Assembly: GCA_964371305.1 (NCBI GenBank)
Contig: CAYJLA010000003.1
Coordinates: 2,578-66,577, forward strand
DNA from: an uncultured Staphylococcaceae bacterium
GTDB taxonomy: Bacteria; Bacillota_I; Bacilli_A; RFN20; CAG-826
Direction of reading: 5' to 3'
Length of the DNA: 64,000 nucleotides
Shown here: in pieces, positions 37,271 through 47,617 of the stretch
Numbering within the stretch: position 1 is the first letter of the stretch
Layout: every line of letters begins with the position of its first letter
Position numbers and translations under genes: made by a program
Notes under the pieces: generated by a model
The model's database searches: none
Told to the model about the DNA's origin: nothing
Seen by the model: only the letters and a program-made list of their open reading frames with translations

Positions 37271-39049
37271 ATGTCATTAATTAATATTAAAATTGAAGGT
37301 CATTCATATCATGTCGATAGCAGTTTAACTGTTTTAAAAGCTTGTCGTGAATGCGGATATGAAATCCCTACTTTATGTTCTTTTAAAGATGGGGAATGTT
37401 CGCTTGCAAGTTGTAGAGTTTGTCTAGTATCTGTAAAAGGTGCTCGTGGTTTAGTCGCTAGTTGTGTCTATCCAGTTAATGAAGGGATGGAAATTTCTAT
37501 CGCAGATCCAAAAGCTACCGAAGCTCGTAGAACAAGTGTTGAACTTATTCTTTCAAATCACAATAAAAATTGTCAACAATGTAATAAAAATGGTCAATGT
37601 GAATTGTTAGAAGTTGCACGCATCGTTGGCGCTAGAGATGATAAATTTGTTGGTGAAAAAACGCCTACAACTTTAGATGAAGTTGCACCAGGAATTACTC
37701 GTGATACATCTAAATGTATTTTATGTGGTAGATGTATAGAAAGATGTAAAAGAGCACACGGGATTTCTATTTTAGGATTTGAAAATCGTGGTTTTAATAC
37801 TTTAGTATCTCCAGCAGAAAATCGTTCATTTGCAAACTCACCTTGTTTACAATGTGGTCAATGCGTAAACGTATGTCCTACTGGTGCATTAAGCGAATAC
37901 AGTGAAATTGATAGATTAGATGCAGCATTAAAAGCTGGTAAAAAAGTGTTTGTTCAAACTGCTCCTGCAGTTAGAGCTGCAATTGCAGAAGAATTTGGTG
38001 AACCAATTGGAACTGTTGGAACTGGCAAAATGATTGCTGCCTTACACAGACTTGGTTTTTATAGAGTTTTTGATACAAACTTTGGTGCTGATTTAACAAT
38101 TATGGAAGAAGCAATGGAACTTGTAAAACGTATTCAAAATAAAGGCGTTTTACCTCAAATTACATCATGCTCACCTGGTTGGATTAATTATATGGAATAT
38201 TTCTATCCACAAGTTGTCGAACACGTATCATCATGTAAGTCACCACATCAAATGGTTGGCGCAATTATTAAAACATATTATGCAGAAAGAAATAATTTAA
38301 ATGTAGACGATATATTCGTTGTTTCAATTATGCCTTGTACTGCTAAAAAATATGAAAAGGAAAGAGTTCAAAATGCTGTTGATGGAGTTAAAGACGTTGA
38401 TTGCGTTCTTACAACAAGAGAATTAGCTCGCGTTATTAAACGTGCTGGTATCAACTGGGATAAACTTCCTGAAGATGAACAGTTTGATCAAGATTTATTA
38501 GGTGATTATTCTGGCGCTGGTGTTATCTTTGGTGTTACTGGCGGTGTTATGGAAGCTGCGTTACGTACTGCATACTTTTGGTTAACAGGTAATGAACATA
38601 AAGGTATATCATTTGAACAAGTTCGTGGTTTTGATGGAATTAAAACTGCAACACTTGATTTAAACGGAACAGAAATCAAAGTCGCTATATGTCATGGTAT
38701 GAACTTTGCTAAAGTTTTACTTGATGAAATCAAAGCAGGAACATCACCATATCACTTTATTGAAATTATGTGCTGTCCAGGCGGATGTATTAATGGTGGT
38801 GGACAACCATTTGTTAAACCAATGTTCTTAAAGAATGAAGGTAGTGATATTCTTGAAACTTATATTCAAAAACGTGCATCAGTATTATACACTGAAGACG
38901 AAAGACAAGTTATTAGACAATCACATAATAACGAAGATATTAAAAAGTTATATAAAGATTATCTTGGAGAACCATGCGGACATAAATCTCATAAATTATT
39001 ACATACATCATATGTAACAAATAGAGAAAAATATCCAACAAAAAAATAA
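37271..39049 (+). CDS. hydA: [FeFe]-hydrogenase catalytic subunit, group A3 (bifurcating type)
   Basis: N-terminal 2Fe-2S ferredoxin plus 4Fe-4S clusters. H-cluster motifs TSCSPGW (L1), MPCTAKKYE (L2) and EIMCCPGGCINGGGQP (L3). Start refined to MSLINIKIEG with RBS AGGGAG. Confidence 0.9.
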   Translation: MSLINIKIEGHSYHVDSSLTVLKACRECGYEIPTLCSFKDGECSLASCRVCLVSVKGARGLVASCVYPVNEGMEISIADPKATEARRTSVELILSNHNKNCQQCNKNGQCELLEVARIVGARDDKFVGEKTPTTLDEVAPGITRDTSKCILCGRCIERCKRAHGISILGFENRGFNTLVSPAENRSFANSPCLQCGQCVNVCPTGALSEYSEIDRLDAALKAGKKVFVQTAPAVRAAIAEEFGEPIGTVGTGKMIAALHRLGFYRVFDTNFGADLTIMEEAMELVKRIQNKGVLPQITSCSPGWINYMEYFYPQVVEHVSSCKSPHQMVGAIIKTYYAERNNLNVDDIFVVSIMPCTAKKYEKERVQNAVDGVKDVDCVLTTRELARVIKRAGINWDKLPEDEQFDQDLLGDYSGAGVIFGVTGGVMEAALRTAYFWLTGNEHKGISFEQVRGFDGIKTATLDLNGTEIKVAICHGMNFAKVLLDEIKAGTSPYHFIEIMCCPGGCINGGGQPFVKPMFLKNEGSDILETYIQKRASVLYTEDERQVIRQSHNNEDIKKLYKDYLGEPCGHKSHKLLHTSYVTNREKYPTKK

Positions 39050-39064
39050 AAATCTATTAATTTA

Positions 39065-39093
39065 AATGCCATTGAAACATATGGCATTTTTTA
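39065..39093 (+). terminator. rho-independent terminator after hydA
   Basis: Hairpin ATGCCAT-tgaaacat-ATGGCAT followed by TTTTT. Confidence 0.65.
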
Positions 39094-39149
39094 TTATTTA
39101 TCTCTCATTCAAATAAAGAATTTTTTTATTTATATGATATAATAATAGT

Positions 39150-41384
39150 ATGATATTTAAAGAAAATACATCTTATGTTGTCATTGTAAATAGTTTTTAT
39201 GATAGTTATATTTTATCTAGAAGACATGTATTTCCGCTTAGTGACATAAAAATTATGAATAGAAATGAAGTAATAGATATACTTACATTTACTCACACCT
39301 CGAAGGCTATAACATATTTAATGAAAAATTATAAGTTTGGATTTGGGTACTGTGAAAATCTATTATATAATTTAAAGTTTGTAACGCCTGAGTTCGAAGA
39401 GTTATGGAAAATAAAGAATGAATTAATAAAGTTAGAACTGATACATGAGAACGCTGATAAAAGTTTGTATTTCAAAAATAAAAATGTACTTGTTTTAAGT
39501 TTGGAGCACGATATAGAACTAAGACATCTTCTAAACGTTAATAATGTCTCTTTTTCTAACATGGATTTAGTTGATATTATGCAAGAAAACAAAATCCAGC
39601 AAGTTCATGCCTTCAAAAGCAAGTTTGAGCAGTTTATGAGTGTTTTTTCATCAATTAGAAAAGATATTATAGAAAACCTAATAAGACCAGAAGAAATAGT
39701 AATTTATGCTTCGTCAGATTCCAATTTCTATATTAAACATTTTGCAAACTTATTTAATATCCCAATTAAATTAAAAGAAACAAATTCCATTACTTCTTTA
39801 AAGAACGTAAAGAGTGTTATTGATGATATATTTGCGAAAAAAACTTTTGAAGTAGATATTCCGCAAGAGTGTGAATATTTACTAAAAATTATTGAGGAGT
39901 TTGAATTAAAATTATTTGACGATTTTAATTTTGCATATACATGTTTAAACGAATTACTTAGTAGGCAATGTGTCGAAAATGAACAGTATAGCAGTGGTGT
40001 AAAAGTTATTGATCAACCTATACCGTATTATAATAGTTATGTTTATGTTGTTGATTTTTTATATGGTAATTTTTACAAAGTGTTCAACGATAAAGATATT
40101 TTTACAGATGAAGAACTATCTAAGCTAAATATGAATACATCTTTTACAAAAACGTTACAAGATAGGAAAAGAATGCTTGATTATTTAACTTTCAATAATT
40201 TTTCTTTCATTTCATATGTTGAATCTCACTTAAATCTTAAAATACATAAATCTCAGTTTGTAGATGAACTAAAGCTAAGTGTAGTCCGTGGTGATATCGA
40301 TGAAAGTGGTATATATACAAGTGCGGCCAAAAACTTATTAGACAGCTATGTTAAAGACCTAATGTATGCAGGAGATGATGAACTATATAAAAACTATAAT
40401 TATCAATATAATGGCACTAAAAACAATTATAATAGTGATCGTATATCTGTGACTAAGATCGAATCTTATTCTAAATGTCCGTATTCATTTTATTTATCAA
40501 CGTTAATGCAAGAATATGATGAAAATAATTTCGTAATGAAATTGGGCACATTTGTGCATTCAATTTTTGAAGAAATATTCATTAGCGATTTTGATTATGA
40601 TACTGAATTTAGTAAGTCAATGTTTAAGAATTTTCCTGACTGTGATAATAAAATTAAGATGTTGTTACAAACTATTAAAGAACCTACTAGAATCGGTGCT
40701 GAAAAGTTGCGAGATTACTATTTTAATAGTGATTTTAAATCTCATAACGCCGAAGAATCAGTAACCGTATCAGTTAACAACAAGCACAGTTTAAATGGTA
40801 GAGTTGACTGTGTGTTAAGAAAAGTTGTTAATGAAGATACTTTCACCATAATAATCGATTTCAAAAGTGGTACATCCGGGGATTTAGACTTAGAGGCGAT
40901 TAAATTTGGTTACTCTTTGCAATTGCCTTTATATGCAACATATTATAAAAATAATGGTGAGGCACTTGGTGGTATTTTAATATATCATCCAGTTCAAAAA
41001 TATCAAAAAAATAAAAAGACAAACATCGTAGAAGAAAAAGATGATAGTTTAAAACTTAATGGCGTTATGTTTGCAAGCAGTGAAGATTTAGATATTTATG
41101 ATGAATTTCAAGAAGTAAAAAAAGGTGCGTCCATCGATCCTAGAAAAAGAAAATCTAATATGTATTCTGTAACTAGACTTGAACGTGGTGATGAAGTTGA
41201 AATACTTGAAGAGGCACTTATTGTAGCAGAGGAAAAAATAGAACAAATATTTTCATCTAACTTCATGGTCAAACCAACAAAGTTAAGAGATAAAGATACT
41301 GTAAGTTCATGTAGTTATTGTGAATATAGACACATCTGCTATTGCAATGATTTACCTGAAGTCTTAATAAAGGAGGAGGAATAG
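39150..41384 (+). CDS. short AddB/RexB-like nuclease subunit (PD-(D/E)xK nuclease with Fe-S cysteine cluster)
   Basis: 744 aa with no Walker A. The C-terminus has a D...E.K nuclease core (IIDFKSG) plus CSYCEYRHICYC, like the AddB iron-staple nuclease. It is translationally coupled to the downstream helicase. Confidence 0.55.
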   Translation: MIFKENTSYVVIVNSFYDSYILSRRHVFPLSDIKIMNRNEVIDILTFTHTSKAITYLMKNYKFGFGYCENLLYNLKFVTPEFEELWKIKNELIKLELIHENADKSLYFKNKNVLVLSLEHDIELRHLLNVNNVSFSNMDLVDIMQENKIQQVHAFKSKFEQFMSVFSSIRKDIIENLIRPEEIVIYASSDSNFYIKHFANLFNIPIKLKETNSITSLKNVKSVIDDIFAKKTFEVDIPQECEYLLKIIEEFELKLFDDFNFAYTCLNELLSRQCVENEQYSSGVKVIDQPIPYYNSYVYVVDFLYGNFYKVFNDKDIFTDEELSKLNMNTSFTKTLQDRKRMLDYLTFNNFSFISYVESHLNLKIHKSQFVDELKLSVVRGDIDESGIYTSAAKNLLDSYVKDLMYAGDDELYKNYNYQYNGTKNNYNSDRISVTKIESYSKCPYSFYLSTLMQEYDENNFVMKLGTFVHSIFEEIFISDFDYDTEFSKSMFKNFPDCDNKIKMLLQTIKEPTRIGAEKLRDYYFNSDFKSHNAEESVTVSVNNKHSLNGRVDCVLRKVVNEDTFTIIIDFKSGTSGDLDLEAIKFGYSLQLPLYATYYKNNGEALGGILIYHPVQKYQKNKKTNIVEEKDDSLKLNGVMFASSEDLDIYDEFQEVKKGASIDPRKRKSNMYSVTRLERGDEVEILEEALIVAEEKIEQIFSSNFMVKPTKLRDKDTVSSCSYCEYRHICYCNDLPEVLIKEEE

Positions 41385-41387
41385 TAT

Positions 41388-44300
41388 ATGGCAAATGAAT
41401 TCAATAAAAAGCAACTAGAAGCTATTAATACTCCGCCAAAACAAAACGTTTTAATCTCAGCAGGTGCTGGCAGCGGTAAGACGAAAACATTAACGGAAAA
41501 AGTTTATAAACTTATAAATGAAAAACATATTGCTACTTCATCGCTTCTCGTATTAACTTTTACAGACAAAGCTTCATTTGAAATGAAAGAAAGAATTGTA
41601 GCTAAATTTAGCGAAAGTAATAGTGAGTTTAAAAACCAAATATTTTCAGCCCATATTCAAACTTTTGATTCTTTTATGATGTATTTAGTGAATAAGTATT
41701 CTACAGAATTAAATTTATCTTCAAACGTAAAAATATTGTCTAAAGAGCTAGAAGAAACCAAGATTGTTGAAATACTCGAAAACATACTGGACACTCTTTA
41801 TGAAGAAAACAGCGAAATACTTCAATCTGCAATCAACAAGTTTTGTTTTAAGAGTGACGACATGCTTTATTCAATAATAAGATCAATGTATTCACAAATT
41901 AAAAAAGTTTCTCCATCATTGCAAAATGATTTATTACATAATTATGAAAAAATGTTTTTAAATAGGAAAAAAATCTATATTCTCTTAAGTGATAGTGTAA
42001 ACGATAAAATTAATAAGTTAAAAAGTTATTTAGACATTTTAGTAGAGGAATTTACATATGAAGATTATGATGAGAAATTCGCTCTTACAAAAATTAAAGA
42101 AGTATATTTTAATGAATTAGAAAATTATAACACTACAAATGATTTTTCTAAAATTCTTGATTTACTTGAAACATATAAAGCTAGAAGAAAACATGAATGC
42201 CTAGGTCAAAACAATAAAAAACTAAGTGCATTAAATAGTGAAGTTAAAAAGGTCATTGAAGAGTTATCAGGGTATGGTAATATTGATGAACAAGTTGATT
42301 TTATAATGTCATTTAAGCAAGAAGCGTTGTTTTTTATAAATATAATTAATGAATTAGATAAGCAATTATTTGATTATAAAACGTCCATTAATTCCTTTAC
42401 ATATGGTGATATAGCGCACTTCGCTTATAAGTTACTTTCAGAAAAAAAGTATGCAAAAGTCCATTATAATATTACAAATAGATTTAAATATGTTTTAATC
42501 GATGAATATCAAGATACTTCTGATTTACAAGAATTGTTCATCAAAACATTCCAAGAAAAATCAACACTTTTCTTTGTTGGAGATATTAAACAGTCAATAT
42601 ATAGGTTTAGGGATGCGAATTGTGATATATTCAATTCCAAACGTATGCAATACTTGAATGATGATAATAGTACTGTTATTGATATGCAACAAAACTATCG
42701 TTCAGTAAGTATGCTTCTTAGTGACGTAAATGCATTTTTTATAAATATCATGACAAAGAAAAACATGGATATAGATTATAAAAAAAACGAACAGTTGTTA
42801 TATGACGAAGAAGTTGATTTATTTAAAGTTTCAAAATCAATAGAAAACTCTGAATATGGAATTACTGTTTTAGATTATGATAGATTAGATTTTAATACGA
42901 CAATAGAACAAGAGATATCAATTATTATTGAGGACATTAAAGATAAGATTAAAAATAAGTACCAAGTATTAAAAAATCCAAAAGAGTTTAGGGATTGCAC
43001 TTATAAAGATTTTGCAATCTTAGTAAAAAGAAGTAAAAATGTTTATCGTTATAAAAAAATGTTTTTTGAACACGGCATACCATTAAACTTTAATGTCGAA
43101 GAGCAAATAAATGATATTAATGTTGTTATTGTCTTGCAATCTTTGCTGAAGTTAATGGTTGCAATCGATAATGATCAACAAAACTATAAAGATCTTTTTA
43201 TGTCAGTCGCAAGAAGTTTTTTATTTAGAATTAATGATGATGAAATTCATACATTAATAAGTAGTGGAGAATATGTTAATCATTATATTATTGAACAAAT
43301 AAAACTATTTGTTAAAGATAGTAAAAATCAGCCATTCATTATTATGTTTGATCGCCTAATTAATTCATTTGATGTTATTAATAAACTTAATTTGATTGGC
43401 GAAATAAATAATAACATTGATAAAATTGAGACGATTAGAAATAAGGTTTCTGAATATTCCTCTACTGGAGAAGGGATAGAGGGATTTGTTAACTTGTTCA
43501 TCAATTTAGCGAAGTATAAAATCGATTATAAAATTAAAAGTGAAGGCAATGAAGATGATGCTGTAGAGTTAATTACAATTCATGGTTCAAAGGGACTAGA
43601 GTATAAAATAGTTTATATGTGTTCTAGCGATAATGAATATAGTTATATAAAGAGCGGAATTGAAAAAGTTAAGTTTTCTAAAAAATTTGGTTTCGTTTAT
43701 GAAAGAAACGAATTAGGCAAAAGAGCTAATACATTGATTCATAAAATTATCGATAATAAAGACAGTGAAGACTCGTTTAATGAATATATTAGATTAATAT
43801 ATGTTGCATTTACACGGGCTAAAGAAAGTTTATACTTAGTTGGTCATGGCAAGTCAAAAAATTCGATTAATCCTGGTTTTGTTGATAAAGCATTTAGAAG
43901 AGTGATTCAATTAAATGAAAATAATGTAGAGAAAATTCTTGAGGAAAAAGTTCTTCCGCTAGATGTTATAAATGATATTAGAGCACATGTAAACGAATAC
44001 AATACAACAGATGGTGATAATGACGCTAGAATGAAAATATTTTTAAGCAATATTAAACTTTCTATAGAACAACTAGTTTTCGGTCTTTATGGAAATATAA
44101 ATAGAAGAAATAGTAATTTCTTATGCAAGGCAACAAACTTGAAATTGGTCAAGAAATTTAATGGTAGTGTCGCTTCTCACACAGAAGATAAAATAAAAGA
44201 CACGCTGAAAAAAGTTGGTAGTAGTATTGCTAAAATTAATCGATTTGTTTCAACTTGCTTTGGCTGTGGTGATTTATTTAGTTTTTCTTTTGAAGGTATA

Positions 44301-44843
44301 CGTTATAAATATGTGTTAAACGATGTTAAACATGTAGATGATAACAAAAGAAAATTAAATTTATTCTCAGTCGCAATAGATGATAGTTTAATTGATGTTC
44401 AAGAAAAACAAAGTAGAGCTTCGATGATTATGACTGTAGTGGATGATGAATTGACCGCTAAACTAGAATTTGGTAATAGAATTCACTTTCTTTTAGAACA
44501 TACTGACTTAAAGACGAAAGACACATCTTTTATTGTTGATTTACAAGAAAAGGCCATTGTTGATAAAGTGCTTTCCATGGATATTTTTAACGATATAAAT
44601 GATGCTACTATATTAAAAGAATATGCATATATGGACAATAACACCAAAGGTTATATAGATCTTTTGATAGTTAAAGAACACGAAGTATATATTGTTGATT
44701 ATAAAAGCAGCGACATTAGTAAGGTTGAATATGAGCAGCAGTTATATGCATATAAGAATTATATTGAACAAGTATTTTTAAATAAAAAAATACGAATGAT
44801 TTTGATTTCTAATTTAACTGGAAAATATAAAGAAGTTATTTAA
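41388..44843 (+). CDS. AddA/RexA-like UvrD-family helicase-nuclease subunit
   Basis: 1151 aa. Walker A AGAGSGKTKT, UvrD motifs (VLIDEYQDTS, GDIKQSIYRFR, ITIHGSKGLEY, VAFTRAK) and a C-terminal PD-(D/E)xK (DLLIV...VYIVDYKS). Confidence 0.75.
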   Translation: MANEFNKKQLEAINTPPKQNVLISAGAGSGKTKTLTEKVYKLINEKHIATSSLLVLTFTDKASFEMKERIVAKFSESNSEFKNQIFSAHIQTFDSFMMYLVNKYSTELNLSSNVKILSKELEETKIVEILENILDTLYEENSEILQSAINKFCFKSDDMLYSIIRSMYSQIKKVSPSLQNDLLHNYEKMFLNRKKIYILLSDSVNDKINKLKSYLDILVEEFTYEDYDEKFALTKIKEVYFNELENYNTTNDFSKILDLLETYKARRKHECLGQNNKKLSALNSEVKKVIEELSGYGNIDEQVDFIMSFKQEALFFINIINELDKQLFDYKTSINSFTYGDIAHFAYKLLSEKKYAKVHYNITNRFKYVLIDEYQDTSDLQELFIKTFQEKSTLFFVGDIKQSIYRFRDANCDIFNSKRMQYLNDDNSTVIDMQQNYRSVSMLLSDVNAFFINIMTKKNMDIDYKKNEQLLYDEEVDLFKVSKSIENSEYGITVLDYDRLDFNTTIEQEISIIIEDIKDKIKNKYQVLKNPKEFRDCTYKDFAILVKRSKNVYRYKKMFFEHGIPLNFNVEEQINDINVVIVLQSLLKLMVAIDNDQQNYKDLFMSVARSFLFRINDDEIHTLISSGEYVNHYIIEQIKLFVKDSKNQPFIIMFDRLINSFDVINKLNLIGEINNNIDKIETIRNKVSEYSSTGEGIEGFVNLFINLAKYKIDYKIKSEGNEDDAVELITIHGSKGLEYKIVYMCSSDNEYSYIKSGIEKVKFSKKFGFVYERNELGKRANTLIHKIIDNKDSEDSFNEYIRLIYVAFTRAKESLYLVGHGKSKNSINPGFVDKAFRRVIQLNENNVEKILEEKVLPLDVINDIRAHVNEYNTTDGDNDARMKIFLSNIKLSIEQLVFGLYGNINRRNSNFLCKATNLKLVKKFNGSVASHTEDKIKDTLKKVGSSIAKINRFVSTCFGCGDLFSFSFEGIRYKYVLNDVKHVDDNKRKLNLFSVAIDDSLIDVQEKQSRASMIMTVVDDELTAKLEFGNRIHFLLEHTDLKTKDTSFIVDLQEKAIVDKVLSMDIFNDINDATILKEYAYMDNNTKGYIDLLIVKEHEVYIVDYKSSDISKVEYEQQLYAYKNYIEQVFLNKKIRMILISNLTGKYKEVI

Positions 44844-45925
44844 AAGTCCAAATTTAATTCAGTACACATTTTCTTAATAGATTCAGGGCGTAGTATTTCT
44901 TTAATTTGATCATACCTTTCAAATTCACGCCCTTTAAAATATAAGTACATTGAATTTATAATTTTATCATAGCTCGTTTCATTACATTGATAGTGTTCTT
45001 CACCATATCCAAATCTAACTTCTTCAATTAAATTTATTAATATTCTTCTAATGGCACTTATTATACTAGTCTCAATCCAATAGTAAAACTTCACACTATA
45101 TTTGTTTTCTATTTTTTTGCATCTTATATATGGCAGTAGGGCATCATATACATCGCGATAAATGTCAATATAAACGCAATCAAAGTCACAATTTGATTCT
45201 AAAAACTTAAAGGCATCAGACTGAACGATTTTAATCTTATGCTTATTTTCAAATGAAGGCAAAATATGATCTTTAAAAACATTAATAATCGTTGCATTAC
45301 TTTCAATAATTGTGATTGATTCAACATCATCTTTTAAAGAAGTCATGTATGCAAAATAACCAAGACCTAATCCAACAACACATATACTTCCACTAATTTT
45401 ACTAATGTCATCTTTCATAGTTAAAATTTCATGCGGCGTTATGCTCATCCAATTAACATCATTTTCTAAAAGCTCTAGATACTGCATTTGTTGCGTGAAG
45501 TATCCTAGTTGTATAACTTCAGTAAAGTACTTTTGTTCATCAATTGTTATCTCATCTTTATTGAATACTTGATATGGCAAATACATACTAGTACGAAGTG
45601 TGATGTTTCCTTTAATCGCTTTAAAGCACCTTATGTTTTTAAAGTATGGGTTTTCTAAAATTAAATCCTCTTCTACTGGTAAAGTATCATCCATTTTATA
45701 TGCATTTTTATATTGTTCAAAACTTTTATCTAAGCCATGTATATTGTGAACCAATTTGTACATATCAATAAAATTATATGGTTTTTGCATGGTTTTTTTA
45801 TTTAAATATGCTATTTGTTCACGCATAAAGTAATTTATTTCTTCTGCAATAAAATCATTAGAGTTTCTTCTATCGAACAACTTAGTTAAGTGATTTTCAA
45901 AGTCCTTATTTAACTTAAAAATCAT
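44840..45925 (-). CDS. spermidine-synthase-fold (class I SAM-dependent transferase-like) protein with N-terminal extension
   Basis: GLGLGY Rossmann loop, then IIESNATIINVFKDHI...IKIVQSDAFKFL...DCVYIDIY, which resembles the SpeE core. Its stop overlaps the addA stop convergently by 4 nt. Confidence 0.4.
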   Translation of the reverse strand: MIFKLNKDFENHLTKLFDRRNSNDFIAEEINYFMREQIAYLNKKTMQKPYNFIDMYKLVHNIHGLDKSFEQYKNAYKMDDTLPVEEDLILENPYFKNIRCFKAIKGNITLRTSMYLPYQVFNKDEITIDEQKYFTEVIQLGYFTQQMQYLELLENDVNWMSITPHEILTMKDDISKISGSICVVGLGLGYFAYMTSLKDDVESITIIESNATIINVFKDHILPSFENKHKIKIVQSDAFKFLESNCDFDCVYIDIYRDVYDALLPYIRCKKIENKYSVKFYYWIETSIISAIRRILINLIEEVRFGYGEEHYQCNETSYDKIINSMYLYFKGREFERYDQIKEILRPESIKKMCTELNLDF

Positions 45926-45927
45926 AT

Positions 45928-47166
45928 TTATTTCTCTCCTTTTATCTTATTCCAATAATCAACAATGCTATTTTCATATCTATTATTTTGTGCATCATAA
46001 AATTTGACATCTTCTAAATCATGGGGCAAATATCTTTGTTTAACATAATGATTTTTATAGTCATGCGGATATTTATAATATTGACCTTTTTTCAATTGAT
46101 CAACTCCATCAAAGTGAGTATTTTTAAGATGTCTAGGAATATCAATGCCTAATCCTTTTTGAAGTAAGTCTTTTGCTCTAGAATAAGCCATCATTGATGA
46201 ATTTGATTTAGGACAAGTTGCTAAATATATTGTGACTTCACTTAATGGTAAACTAGCTTCGGGCATGCCTAAATATAGTGCCATATCACATCCAGCTTTA
46301 GTAACTTCTAGGGCACCTGGATGAGCAAGACCAACATCTTCTGAAGCAACACACATTAATCTTCTTATAACTGAAATTATATCATTTCCATTTAATAGTC
46401 TTGCTAGATAAAATATTGCAGCATCTGGGTCGCTACCTCGAAGTGATTTATGGAATGCCGATAAAGTATTATAATGCTCATCTCCATGAGCATCGTAGTT
46501 ATAATATGATTTATTAACTAAGTCCAAAACGTTTTCAACTGTAATTGAATTAGTTTCATTTGTATTTAATAAGAACTCCAAGTTATTTAACGCCTTTCTT
46601 AAATCACCACTTGCAGAAGTAGATAATATATCGATTACTTCGTTAGATAATTCCTTATTCAATTTAGTTAGAACGTTTTTTATTCCTTGTACGATATCTT
46701 CTTTTTGTAAAAGTTTAAATTCAAAAACATTACAGCGAGATAACAAAGCAGGATAAATATAAAATAGTGGATTTTCTGTTGTTGAGGCAATCAGTGTTAC
46801 AGAGCCATTTTCAATATACTCCAAAAGTGTTTGTTGTTGCTTCTTATTAAAATATTGAATCTCATCTAAATAAAGAAGAATGCCATTTGAATTGTTTAAC
46901 AAATTAATATCTTCAAATACTAATTTAAGATCTTCTGTCTTAGCGGTAGTTCCGTTAAGTTTATAAATTTGCTTATTTGACATTTTCGCAATAATATTTG
47001 CGGTGCAAGTTTTACCAACTCCAGGCGGACCATAAAAAATCATGTTTGGAACATGTTTTGATTGAAGTGATTTATAAAATATCTTATCTGAATCAAATAA
47101 ATGTCTTTGGCCAACCATTTCTTCAAAAGAAGTTGGTCTCATTAAATCAGCTAGCGGTTTGTTCAT
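45928..47166 (-). CDS. rarA: replication-associated recombination protein A (AAA+ ATPase)
   Basis: Walker A GPPGVGKT, Walker B LYLDEIQ and a MgsA C-terminal domain. Confidence 0.9.
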   Translation of the reverse strand: MNKPLADLMRPTSFEEMVGQRHLFDSDKIFYKSLQSKHVPNMIFYGPPGVGKTCTANIIAKMSNKQIYKLNGTTAKTEDLKLVFEDINLLNNSNGILLYLDEIQYFNKKQQQTLLEYIENGSVTLIASTTENPLFYIYPALLSRCNVFEFKLLQKEDIVQGIKNVLTKLNKELSNEVIDILSTSASGDLRKALNNLEFLLNTNETNSITVENVLDLVNKSYYNYDAHGDEHYNTLSAFHKSLRGSDPDAAIFYLARLLNGNDIISVIRRLMCVASEDVGLAHPGALEVTKAGCDMALYLGMPEASLPLSEVTIYLATCPKSNSSMMAYSRAKDLLQKGLGIDIPRHLKNTHFDGVDQLKKGQYYKYPHDYKNHYVKQRYLPHDLEDVKFYDAQNNRYENSIVDYWNKIKGEK

Positions 47167-47170
47167 TTAT

Positions 47171-47617
47171 CTATCTCCTATCCCTTGCTTCGTTTAGCAC
47201 AATTAAGCAATCATATATAAATAATAAATCATCATTACCATCATTAGAAAAGTATATTGTGGAGTTTGGTTTGTTACTATAATCATATAAGCGATTTTCA
47301 TATGTGGCTTTATATTCTTCAAACGAATTAACTTTAACTACATTTACTTGAAACAATGCGCCCATAGTGTACCTAATAAAATGTTTATCAAATAAATCTA
47401 TTTCACCAACTACAACAATATTTTTATAATTAAACGCTAGGCATGTTCTAATAAATGTTCCTAGTTGACCTAGATCGTTTACACCTTCTATAACTACATG
47501 ACAACTGTGGTCATCTAAGTACATGTCAAAATCATCATATTCAGCAATGACATTTGTGTTCTTTTTTAAATTCTTGTCATTAAATATTTTTGAGTCGAAA
47601 ACCACAATGTTTTCCAA
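47171..47617 (-). CDS. SPOUT-fold (TrmL/TrmH-like) small RNA methyltransferase-like protein, possibly degenerate; TTG start
   Basis: 148 aa. The N-terminus LENIVVF resembles TrmL MLNIVLY. The DLGQLGTFIRTCLAF region resembles the SPOUT NxGxxxRxA motif. The second glycine-rich motif is poorly conserved. Confidence 0.3.
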   Translation of the reverse strand: MENIVVFDSKIFNDKNLKKNTNVIAEYDDFDMYLDDHSCHVVIEGVNDLGQLGTFIRTCLAFNYKNIVVVGEIDLFDKHFIRYTMGALFQVNVVKVNSFEEYKATYENRLYDYSNKPNSTIYFSNDGNDDLLFIYDCLIVLNEARDRR

